The notes under the pieces are model-generated. The model saw only the letters and a list, made by a program, of their open reading frames with translations, made no database searches and had not been told where the DNA came from. Positions 56,834-64,000 of a DNA stretch of 64,000 nt are shown in pieces (position 1 is the first letter of the stretch; the number at the start of each line of letters is the position of its first letter). The position numbers and the translations under genes were made by a program. Source of the DNA: Chitinophagales bacterium (lineage in GTDB: Bacteria > Bacteroidota > Bacteroidia > Chitinophagales > Chitinophagaceae); contig JBBROE010000003.1 in NCBI GenBank assembly GCA_038229695.1, positions 16,006 to 80,005 on the forward strand, given 5' to 3'.

Positions 56834-57820
56834 TCAGCGATTCCTGTTTCGTTTTGGAGGTGTTTTTCCATGCAGCGACTTCAACACAATGGGCTTACGG
56901 GTGAACGTGCCATCAAAAAAACATTTGATATCCCGGTGTGATCCACAACCGTCTTCCCTGAGGCTTACCTTATTTTTTCCAAAATTAAATTCGAGCATGC
57001 ACTGGTCACCCGGCCGGGAATAAACCGCTTTACCCGGTGTGACCAGGCGGGCTTCCCCTTTCAATTCGCCTTTGCAGGACGCCTCGTCCTTTTCAAAATG
57101 AACGAAGAATCGGATTTCACCGGGCTTCCTGCCATCGCGGATGGCTACGAGGTTGAGTTTGTCCTGCCAGTAATCGCCGGCCAGCTTGTTTTTTACCGGC
57201 AGGCTGTCGATCGGATCCTGTAATTCGCGTTTTGTATCTGCCGCGTTGGATTCTGTAAGGATAAGTTCGAAAGCGTTGTTGCCATTGATGTAGGCATAAG
57301 CCGCCTTGCGGTAGATGAGTTTTCCCGATGCGTCCTTGTGTTGTGTATTGGTCGTAACAGAATACCGGCTGTCCATAACGGCACTTTGATCGGTATTGCT
57401 GTTATTGTCCGGTACCAATACGGGCAGGCCGGTTACAAATTGGTTATTTTGATTAAAGACAAGGACATAGGCAGCCTTTTTGGTGGAGCTGACGGCCCTG
57501 GCCAGCAGGTAGGTCTCTTTCTTTTTTACCGTTACTTTCCCGACCGGGTAGATGCGCGGACGGCCATTTTTGCCGAATGTTTTTTCAAGCAGCGTGTCCG
57601 GGACAATGGCGCTGAAATTTTTAAAGCTGACAGATACGGTATCCGTATTTTTTTTTCTGAATGTAGAGTCGCCGAAGTAATAGGGGAGCGGGATTTCACT
57701 GAAGAGGCTGATAAAGTCTCCCGTGGTCAGGCCTTCATCGTCACTCACTTGTTTTTTTTTCTGTTTGCAACCCAACAACAGCAATGCTGCAATAACTGTC
57801 AGCCAAAACATTTTTTTCAT
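56834..57820 (-). CDS. lipoprotein of unknown function
   Basis: MKKMFWLTVIAALLLLGCKQ lipobox; 328 aa; no domain recognised. Confidence 0.6.
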   Translation of the reverse strand: MKKMFWLTVIAALLLLGCKQKKKQVSDDEGLTTGDFISLFSEIPLPYYFGDSTFRKKNTDTVSVSFKNFSAIVPDTLLEKTFGKNGRPRIYPVGKVTVKKKETYLLARAVSSTKKAAYVLVFNQNNQFVTGLPVLVPDNNSNTDQSAVMDSRYSVTTNTQHKDASGKLIYRKAAYAYINGNNAFELILTESNAADTKRELQDPIDSLPVKNKLAGDYWQDKLNLVAIRDGRKPGEIRFFVHFEKDEASCKGELKGEARLVTPGKAVYSRPGDQCMLEFNFGKNKVSLREDGCGSHRDIKCFFDGTFTRKPIVLKSLHGKTPPKRNRNR

Positions 57821-57947
57821 ACCGGATGCATCTGGTCAGGGGTTAAAAATAAGTATTTTACCGCTGATGGCTGTCAATTTCTTGCGGGCAGTCGGGTTCA
57901 ATACCGGTAACCGGGGATAGTGAAAAATAGAAATTGTGGGTGAAAAT

Positions 57948-57975
57948 ATTTAGATTTGTCTAAATTTAAATTTAG
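57948..57975 (+). promoter_or_regulatory. candidate DtxR/MntR-type operator overlapping the promoter of the mntR-like gene
   Basis: ATTTAGA-tttg-TCTAAAT (57948-57965) contains a TAGATTTG -7 box (57951-57958). It overlaps a perfect 16-bp palindrome CTAAATTTAAATTTAG (57960-57975). ATG at 57981. Confidence 0.45.
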
Positions 57976-57980
57976 CTGGC

Positions 57981-58643
57981 ATGAAATATTCTCCCAGTCA
58001 GGAAAACTACATCAAGGCAGTTTACCACCTGCAGCTGGAAAGCAGTACCGTCACCACCAATGCGCTCGCCCAGGCGCTGGACACCCGCCCGGCGTCCGTA
58101 ACGGATATGCTGAAGAAGCTGAAATTGCAGAAACTATTGCTCTACGAAAAATACCGCGGGGTGAAGCTGACTGCCGAGGGCCGCAGGCTGGCGGTACAAA
58201 TCATCCGGAAACACCGGCTCTGGGAGTTTTTCCTGGTGCATACACTGCGGTTTGGGTGGGAGGAAGTGCACGAGATTGCCGAGGAACTGGAGCATATCGG
58301 CAGCGGCAAGCTGGTGGACAGGCTGGATGCCTTCCTGGGTTTTCCGCAGCATGATCCGCATGGTGATCCCATTCCGGACCGGCTGGGAAAGCTACCTGCC
58401 GGCACACATTCCGCCCTCAGCGAAATGCCGCTTCACCGGCATGCTGTGGTCAGGGGGATCGGCGACCAGCGCCCGGTAATGCTGGACCTGCTGCGCGATC
58501 AGCAGATTGCCCTCGGAACAAAGCTGGAAGTACAGAAGAAGTTTTCAGTTGACGGGTCGGTTCAGATAAAAATACGGGGCAGGCAGCCGGTCAATATCAG
58601 CGCCTATGCCGCAAAAAATATACTGGTAGGGTATGACAAATAA
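57981..58643 (+). CDS. DtxR/MntR-family metal-dependent transcriptional regulator with C-terminal FeoA/SH3-like domain
   Basis: SQENYIKAVYHLQ..TNALAQALDTRPASVTDMLKKL (wHTH), RKHRLWEFFL, HEIAEELEH, DPHGDPIP metal-site motifs. Confidence 0.85.
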   Translation: MKYSPSQENYIKAVYHLQLESSTVTTNALAQALDTRPASVTDMLKKLKLQKLLLYEKYRGVKLTAEGRRLAVQIIRKHRLWEFFLVHTLRFGWEEVHEIAEELEHIGSGKLVDRLDAFLGFPQHDPHGDPIPDRLGKLPAGTHSALSEMPLHRHAVVRGIGDQRPVMLDLLRDQQIALGTKLEVQKKFSVDGSVQIKIRGRQPVNISAYAAKNILVGYDK

Positions 58644-60522
58644 AAATCATGAACATGTTTCGCTGAGCGAGGTGCATGACAGCGTCGATACAACCCGGGG
58701 GGCATCAAAAAGCAAAAAAATCCTGGCGTTCCTGGGCCCGGCCTACCTCGTGAGTGTGGGCTATATGGACCCGGGTAACTGGGCTACCGACCTGGCGGGC
58801 GGCAGCAAATTCGGGTATGCGCTGATCTGGGTGTTGCTGATGAGTAACCTGATGGCGCTCCTCCTTCAAAACCTGGCTGCCAGGCTGGGCGTTGTACGGG
58901 GGCGTGACCTGGCGCAGGTGAACCGGGAAGTATATCCTGCCTCGGTTAATTTTATCCTGTACGTACTCGCTGAAATTGCGATAGCCGCTTGCGACCTGGC
59001 AGAGGTGCTGGGCATGGCCATCGGCATCCACCTCCTGACAGGGCTTCCTATTTTATGGGGTGTGCTGATAACGGTGCTGGATACCTTTTTGCTGTTTTAC
59101 CTCCAGCGGCTGGGGATGCGCAAGATGGAAGCTTTTATCATCTCGCTGGTGGCCATTATCGGCCTGGCTTTTCTCGCCGAATTGTTTTTTGCCAAGCCGG
59201 CGCTCGGCGAAATCATAAAAGGATTTGTGCCAACGATTCCAGGTAACGAAGCGCTTTATATAGCCATCGGAATTATCGGCGCCACGGTGATGCCGCATAA
59301 TCTTTATCTCCATTCTGCGCTTGTACAAACCCGTAAGTTCGGCAGGGATGAGGCCAGCATCCGGCGCGCGCTTCGCCTCAACGTAATGGATACGACGATT
59401 GCGCTGAATATGGCGTTTTTTGTGAATGCGGCGATCCTGGTGCTGGCTGCGGCGGTTTTTTATAAGGCGGGAAGAACGGATGTGGCCCAGATACAGGATG
59501 CGCATAAATTACTGGCACCTATGCTGGGTAGCTCGCTCGCCCCGATACTTTTTGCGGTAGCGCTGATAGCTTCCGGTCAAAGTTCGACCATAACCGGTAC
59601 GCTGGCCGGTCAGATCGTAATGGAAGGCTACCTGTTGCTGCGAATCAACCCGCTGCTGCGGAGGCTGATCACAAGGCTATTGGCTATCGGGCCGGCCGTA
59701 TTTACTATCCTGGTGTACGGGGAAGAAAAACTGGACGCGCTGCTGATTTTCAGCCAGGTAATCCTCAGCCTGCAGCTTGGCTTCGCCATCATCCCGCTCA
59801 TTCATTTTGTGAGTGAGAAAAAGAAGATGGGCATATTTACGATTAAGCCGGCTACGAAAGTTCTGTCCTGGCTGGTGGCCGCTATCCTTATATACCTGAA
59901 TCTGAGGATGGTGTTTACGGAAGCGGTTTTATTTATGGCCAATGCTCACCCGCTGGTGGCAAAAATAGCGGTAGTGGCCGGTCTGGCGCTGCTGGTGATA
60001 TTGCTGGTGGTCGTCACCATAGTGCCGATGTTGCGGAAGAACAGGCGGGAAACGGTGCGCAATACCATGCACCAGCCATTGCAGTCGTTTAAAAATTTTG
60101 AGGTCCCCGTTTTCCGAAAGATTGCGGTGGCGCTGGACTTTTCCGCCGAAAATGAAAAACTGGTGGCCTATGCCCTGGGCCAGGGCATCGCAGGAACAGA
60201 GTTTATCCTGCTGCACATCCTGGAAAGCGTGAGTGCGCGGCTCTATGGTGATTCCACGGCGGATTATGAAAGAGAGACGGATGAAGCGCAGCTGGAGGCT
60301 TATGCCAGCGCTTTACGGGAGCGCGGCTGCCAGGTTGTTACCCGCCTGGGCTACCGGTACCGGATACCCGAAATTGTGCGCATTGTTACCGAAAGCGGGG
60401 CCGATTTGCTGGTCATGGGCGCTCACCGGCACACGGGCATAAAAGACCTGGTTTACGGGGAGACCATCAACCGGGTACGGCACGAGGTGAAGGTGCCTGT
60501 GCTGGTGGTTAACCTCCAATAA
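58633..60522 (+). CDS. mntH: Nramp-family divalent metal (Mn2+/Fe2+) transporter fused to a C-terminal universal stress protein domain
   Basis: Nramp motifs GPAYLVSVGYMDPGNWATDL and GATVMPHNLYLHSAL. The last ~140 aa (from ~60108), FRKIAVALDFS..ADLLVMGAHRHTGIKDLVYGETINRVRHEVKVPVLVV, form a USP domain. 11-nt overlap with the regulator gene. Confidence 0.9.
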   Translation: MTNKNHEHVSLSEVHDSVDTTRGASKSKKILAFLGPAYLVSVGYMDPGNWATDLAGGSKFGYALIWVLLMSNLMALLLQNLAARLGVVRGRDLAQVNREVYPASVNFILYVLAEIAIAACDLAEVLGMAIGIHLLTGLPILWGVLITVLDTFLLFYLQRLGMRKMEAFIISLVAIIGLAFLAELFFAKPALGEIIKGFVPTIPGNEALYIAIGIIGATVMPHNLYLHSALVQTRKFGRDEASIRRALRLNVMDTTIALNMAFFVNAAILVLAAAVFYKAGRTDVAQIQDAHKLLAPMLGSSLAPILFAVALIASGQSSTITGTLAGQIVMEGYLLLRINPLLRRLITRLLAIGPAVFTILVYGEEKLDALLIFSQVILSLQLGFAIIPLIHFVSEKKKMGIFTIKPATKVLSWLVAAILIYLNLRMVFTEAVLFMANAHPLVAKIAVVAGLALLVILLVVVTIVPMLRKNRRETVRNTMHQPLQSFKNFEVPVFRKIAVALDFSAENEKLVAYALGQGIAGTEFILLHILESVSARLYGDSTADYERETDEAQLEAYASALRERGCQVVTRLGYRYRIPEIVRIVTESGADLLVMGAHRHTGIKDLVYGETINRVRHEVKVPVLVVNLQ

Positions 60523-60549
60523 AAAACGCCCCCATCAGGGAGCGTTTTA
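60521..60549 (+). terminator. probable rho-independent terminator after mntH
   Basis: AAAACGC-ccccatcaggga-GCGTTTT immediately after the stop codon. AU-rich stem, so only moderate confidence. Confidence 0.5.
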
Positions 60550-60603
60550 ATTGCAGGCGATATCGGGTGCCCTCCACAGGAGTAATAAGTTTAGCGACCA
60601 CTA

Positions 60604-61113
60604 TCAATGGCGGTCTTCGTGGTGGCCATTTCGGTCATTATGATCATTGCGGTTGTTACGGTTACCGCGGTCGCCGCTATGCGTGCGCTGCCACTGGTCA
60701 TGCATCGGATGCTCCTTTATCCGGTAATACTTTTCCTCCCGGCTGTCCCGAATAACGGTTTGTTTTTCGTGGGGATGATTTGCATATTTGCTGCGGTAAT
60801 TGTTGTCATGGATATACGGGCTGCGATCGTTTACTACTACTTTATACCCATTGTACAGATCATAGTTCCGGTATCGCGGCGGCAGGGCGGATGCATGGAC
60901 CCATCGGTCTCCGGCATTGTAGATAAACTGCCTGCGGTTAACGTCGTAGTAGGTATCAATATCCGGCATAAAATAATAGTCTGCCCTGTCGTACCCCGCA
61001 GGTCCCCAGATCGGCTGGACCCCCAGGTTGACCTGAACGCCGACCTGTGCATCCACCGGGTGAGCCATGGTGAGGCCGGTCGCCAGTAAAGCAAAGAAGA
61101 GGAATTTTTTCAT
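60604..61113 (-). CDS. secreted protein with His/Asn/Arg/Asp-rich C-terminal tail
   Basis: Start refined to MKKFLFFALLATGLTMAHPVDAQ; C-terminus ..HSGDRGNRNNRNDHNDRNGHHEDRH. The track ORF (to 61329) has an unsupported extension. Confidence 0.6.
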   Translation of the reverse strand: MKKFLFFALLATGLTMAHPVDAQVGVQVNLGVQPIWGPAGYDRADYYFMPDIDTYYDVNRRQFIYNAGDRWVHASALPPRYRNYDLYNGYKVVVNDRSPYIHDNNYRSKYANHPHEKQTVIRDSREEKYYRIKEHPMHDQWQRTHSGDRGNRNNRNDHNDRNGHHEDRH

Positions 61114-61404
61114 GTGTTTAATTTGCAGAAACGGGGCAAAACAGAAGCCAGTCGCAAGAAAGCCACTTCCCCCGAGATGTTGATATTGCCGGCCACCACA
61201 CGAAACCGGCGCTGCGCCTGCACCGGCGGGTATGGGGGATGGCGTTAAATGTTCTTTAATGTTGGTAGTGGCCCGCTTTCCAGCCCCGTCCTGAAAAGCG
61301 GCAGGACACATGAGCATTAGTCTCCACACCGGGTGGCCCCGTAGCGGTGAAAAACTTTGCCGCTTACCCCGGTTGATTTAACTTCCTGTTATAAACCCTC
61401 TTTT

Positions 61405-61977
61405 ATGAAAAAATTATGGCAACCTACACTGCCGCTGCTGTGCATTGTGCTCCTGTTAGCAGGCTGTAAAAAAAGTACGACGTCTACCGGCACTTCTTCC
61501 TCCGGCAGTTATTACATGAAATTTAAAGCCGATGGTGTTCAGAAGGAATTCCTGCAGAACGCCTCCGGAAGTTTTAACAGGCCGCAGACCACCAACACAG
61601 CGAATTACGCGAGTACTTTCGGGGGTACGCTGGATCCCTTAATGGCAACGAAGAATAATATGACGATTGCATTGGTTACGGTAGGCCCTGCCAAACTGAA
61701 CCAGCTGTACACCAATTATAAAACCACGGCTGCCGGGATGCTGAAAGCCTACATTGTACAGCCGGGGTATTATGACGAAAACGGGGTTTTCTGGCTTTCA
61801 TGGTCGGACGACTTTATCTCCGCCATTCCACCAGGTACCACAACCAGTGCCAGTGTAACTGTTACTGCTGCCGGGAGCAGTGGGATACGGGGAACTTTCA
61901 GCGGGGTGCTGTACAACAGCGACTACAGCAAAAAGCTGATCATCACGGAAGGCGATTTTTTCCTGAAGATGCAGTGA
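61405..61977 (+). CDS. lipoprotein of unknown function
   Basis: Start refined to MKKLWQPTLPLLCIVLLLAGCKK (lipobox); 190 aa. Confidence 0.6.
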   Translation: MKKLWQPTLPLLCIVLLLAGCKKSTTSTGTSSSGSYYMKFKADGVQKEFLQNASGSFNRPQTTNTANYASTFGGTLDPLMATKNNMTIALVTVGPAKLNQLYTNYKTTAAGMLKAYIVQPGYYDENGVFWLSWSDDFISAIPPGTTTSASVTVTAAGSSGIRGTFSGVLYNSDYSKKLIITEGDFFLKMQ

Positions 61978-62093
61978 GGCGAGGTTGTGGAAGCTGCCGG
62001 CGATCTCCTGGCGCTTAAGCCGTTCCTACCGGGTATGAAGCTGAAGGGATTGCGACGCAACGATGCTGCCATGGAAAACCGTTGCCCGTATTT

Positions 62094-62134
62094 AAAAAAA
62101 CCGGTAGCAAAGCTCGATGCCTCACTACCGGTTT
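62094..62134. terminator. bidirectional terminator-like hairpin between convergent genes
   Basis: AAAAAAA-CCGGTAG (62101-62107) / CTACCGG (62124-62130)-TTT with a 16-nt loop. The large loop lowers confidence. Confidence 0.5.
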
Positions 62135-62152
62135 CGGGTGTACGAAAATATT

Positions 62153-62902
62153 TTATTTTACTATTTCAAGCAATTCAACGTCGAAGATAAGGGTGGAGCC
62201 GGGTGTAATTTTAGGACCGGCGGCATTGTCTCCATAACCCAGTGCGGGTGGAACAAACAGCCTCCATTTGCTGCCAACGGGCATCAGCTGCAAGGCTTCC
62301 ACCCAGCCCTGGATGACACCGGTTACGGGGAAGTCGACCGGCTGGCCGCGGTCAACGGAGCTGTCGAACACCGTTCCATCGATGAGTGTGCCGTGGTAGT
62401 GACATTTCACCTTATCCGTTGGCTGTGGCTTTGGACCGGTCCCTTCTTTCAGCACAAGGTATTGGAGTCCGCTAGGCAGGGTAACTACACCGGGTTTTGA
62501 TTTATTGGCAGCCAGGAAGGCGTCTCCCGCCTTATGGTTGGTTTCGATGATACCCGCATTTGCCTGGCGGGAGACGGCTGCTTTTTCCGCCTGCTTTTTC
62601 TGCATAAAATTATTAACACAGCTGGTCATCTGTTCTTCGGTGAGCAGTGGCTTACCAGATTTGATGTCGTTGATGGCCCTGTCCAGCATAGCCGTGTTGA
62701 TATGGTCAATGCCCTGTTGCTTGTAAAAGCTGGCAAGGCTCATACCGATAGAGTAGCTCAGGGAATCGTTCTGGTTTTTGAAGATGGCGGTGGCGGCAGT
62801 GGCCGATGGTTTTTTTACCGCTGGTTTTTTCTTGGCGGGGACCTGTGCCATTGCCGGTGCGATCGCAGCAAAGACGATAATTGAGGTGATCAAATTTTTC
62901 AT
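62153..62902 (-). CDS. FKBP-type peptidyl-prolyl cis-trans isomerase (FkpA/Mip-like, secreted)
   Basis: Signal peptide, FKBP_N-like helical region, and C-terminal VKCHYHGTLIDGTVFDSSVDRGQPVDFPVTGVIQGWVEALQLMPVGSKWRLFVPPALGYG. Confidence 0.9.
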   Translation of the reverse strand: MKNLITSIIVFAAIAPAMAQVPAKKKPAVKKPSATAATAIFKNQNDSLSYSIGMSLASFYKQQGIDHINTAMLDRAINDIKSGKPLLTEEQMTSCVNNFMQKKQAEKAAVSRQANAGIIETNHKAGDAFLAANKSKPGVVTLPSGLQYLVLKEGTGPKPQPTDKVKCHYHGTLIDGTVFDSSVDRGQPVDFPVTGVIQGWVEALQLMPVGSKWRLFVPPALGYGDNAAGPKITPGSTLIFDVELLEIVK

Positions 62903-63006
62903 TCGTTAATCAGGATTTAATTTGGCGCGAAATTAGGGTGATTTATTTTAACAAAGCCTGCACTAAACGCTGGACAGCCCTAACTTATTCTGTTTTATCT
63001 TGCCGC

Positions 63007-63444
63007 ATGGATCAATTTAACAGTTCCGTGGTGCTGCGCTGGGCTGACCTCGACCCCAACGGGCATGTACGGCATTCGGTTTATTACGATTTCGGGGCAG
63101 CCTGCCGGATGCAGTTCCTGGATGCGCTTGGGATTACCCTGGGTTTTATGCAATCGAATCATTTCGGAGCTGTTATTTTCCGGGAAGAATGTGTTTTTAA
63201 GCGGGAATTACTACTGGGTGATACGGTGGCTATTGATGCCAGGCTGTTAAAAGCGCGGCGCGACGGTTCGCGCTGGACGATGCAGCACCATATTTTTAAG
63301 AGTCATGAAATACCGGCAGCCATAATCACGTTAGATGGCGCCTGGCTGGATACGGGAAAGCGAAAACTGGCGGTTCCGCCTGCCCTGGTGGCGGCTTCTT
63401 TTGAAGGTGCTCCGAAGGCGGAGGCTTTCAGCTGGATTGATTAA
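63007..63444 (+). CDS. hotdog-fold acyl-CoA thioesterase (4HBT-like)
   Basis: Start refined to MDQFNSSVVLRWADLDPNGHVRHSVYYDF.., typical of the YbgC/4HBT thioesterase N-terminus. Confidence 0.7.
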   Translation: MDQFNSSVVLRWADLDPNGHVRHSVYYDFGAACRMQFLDALGITLGFMQSNHFGAVIFREECVFKRELLLGDTVAIDARLLKARRDGSRWTMQHHIFKSHEIPAAIITLDGAWLDTGKRKLAVPPALVAASFEGAPKAEAFSWID

Positions 63445-63482
63445 GCTTATTTTGGTTTGTTATTACCTCACAAAAAGAAAAG

Positions 63483-64000
63483 ATGATGATTAGAAAAATG
63501 ATAGTGACCGCGTGCATGGTATCTGCAGGACTAGCCTTAATGGCCCAGGATTCGACGAAAAAGAAAAGCTCGTTTTTCGGGCGGGTGAGTAGCGCAGTAA
63601 GTTCCGCAAAAGGCGGTTCAGCAGGCGGCCTGAGTTCGGGCGAAATTGTAACGGGATTGAAAGAAGCCCTTACGCTGGGAGCCAAAAAGAGTGCGGATAA
63701 GCTTTCAGCCGTGAATGGTTTCTTTAAAGATGCGGCAGTGAAAATTCTTGTACCCCCTGAAGCCCAGAAAGTGGAAAAGACGTTGCGCAGCATCGGAGCA
63801 GGGAAACTGGTAGATGATGCTATCCTGAGTTTTAACCGTGCTGCGGAAGACGCTTCGAAATCGGCAGCGCCCATTTTCGTGGACGCGATCAAGAATATGA
63901 GTGTAACGGACGCGCTGGGAATTCTCAAAGGTTCCGACTCATCTGCAACCGTGTACCTCAAGAACAGTACGACGGCAAACCTGACCCAAGCATTTAAACC
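63483..64000 (+). CDS. DUF4197-like secreted protein, 3' end beyond the window
   Basis: Hand-translated as MMIRKMIVTACMVSAGLALMAQ..LSSGEIVTGLKEALTLGAKKSADKLSAVNGFFKDAAVKILVPPEAQKVEK.., the pattern I know from DUF4197. No stop before 64000. The track instead lists an antisense ORF here. Confidence 0.7.
   Translation, partial: MMIRKMIVTACMVSAGLALMAQDSTKKKSSFFGRVSSAVSSAKGGSAGGLSSGEIVTGLKEALTLGAKKSADKLSAVNGFFKDAAVKILVPPEAQKVEKTLRSIGAGKLVDDAILSFNRAAEDASKSAAPIFVDAIKNMSVTDALGILKGSDSSATVYLKNSTTANLTQAFK

Noticed and set aside
63428-63961. A 177-aa minus-strand ORF at the right edge.
   Set aside because: The plus strand encodes a signal peptide plus a DUF4197-like sequence with no stop up to the window end. 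The minus-strand product is low-complexity (Ala/Ser/Phe) antisense.
1-64000. The idea that the window is a mobile or defence island.
   Set aside because: I recognised no integrase, transposase, phage, conjugation, restriction-modification, toxin-antitoxin or cas genes, and no flanking tRNA or direct repeats. The gene content is largely core housekeeping and envelope functions. Novelty is more likely in individual genes and the repeat array than in a horizontally acquired system.

Overview
This 64-kb window looks like chromosomal DNA from a Bacteroidota genome, probably Chitinophagaceae-like. The evidence is a SusC/SusD pair, a cargo protein with a T9SS C-terminal sorting domain, a PorW/SprE-like TPR protein, TAnnTTTG -7 promoter boxes, and no Shine-Dalgarno signals.

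I can support about 60 protein genes.
- Left end to 3.5 kb: a truncated metallophosphoesterase, a TPR-DUF2971 fusion protein and a small orphan gene.
- 3.6-7.4 kb: the infA-rpmJ-rpsM-rpsK-rpsD-rpoA-rplQ ribosomal block. rpmJ is missing from the ORF track because it is only 38 aa.
- 7.6-16 kb: carA, aroQ, envelope proteins, and a Kelch/DUF4907 pair next to a LytTR regulator.
- 16-26 kb: a Na+/solute symporter and SusC/SusD locus with no glycoside hydrolase.
- 26-36 kb: a T9SS cargo protein, PBP1A, and a PorW/SprE-like protein followed by a bactofilin/AtpZ module.
- 38-43.5 kb: an S8 protease, an OmpA-TSP3 protein and an ALDH7-type dehydrogenase.
- 43.7-49.2 kb: a sucrose cluster (MFS transporter, fructokinase, amylosucrase) plus galK.
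- 51-57 kb: an SPFH protein with a ribbon-helix-helix partner, icd, two tandem Crp/Fnr paralogues and an alpha-glucan phosphorylase.
- 58-64 kb: a MntR-like regulator and an MntH::USP fusion, then an FKBP isomerase, a thioesterase and a truncated DUF4197 gene.

I recognised no rRNA, tRNA, CRISPR array, cas, transposase, integrase or phage genes.

The signal least explained by genes is an ~865-bp tandem array (140+360+360 bp) of a modular, three-hairpin element. It sits in the largest non-coding gap, 50.1-51.2 kb. Other items worth a second look:
- the TPR-DUF2971 fusion
- a LytTR regulator whose receiver has lost its phospho-acceptor Asp
- an AtpZ/AtpI-like pair that follows bactofilin with no ATP synthase genes
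- overlapping palindromes on the mntR promoter, and a His-rich secreted protein next to MntH::USP
- unusually long spacers inside the ribosomal alpha operon

All functional calls come from recognising motifs by eye. No database search, HMM or RNA-folding calculation was run. Start codons were refined by hand where the ORF track began at TTG/GTG or upstream of an obvious signal peptide.
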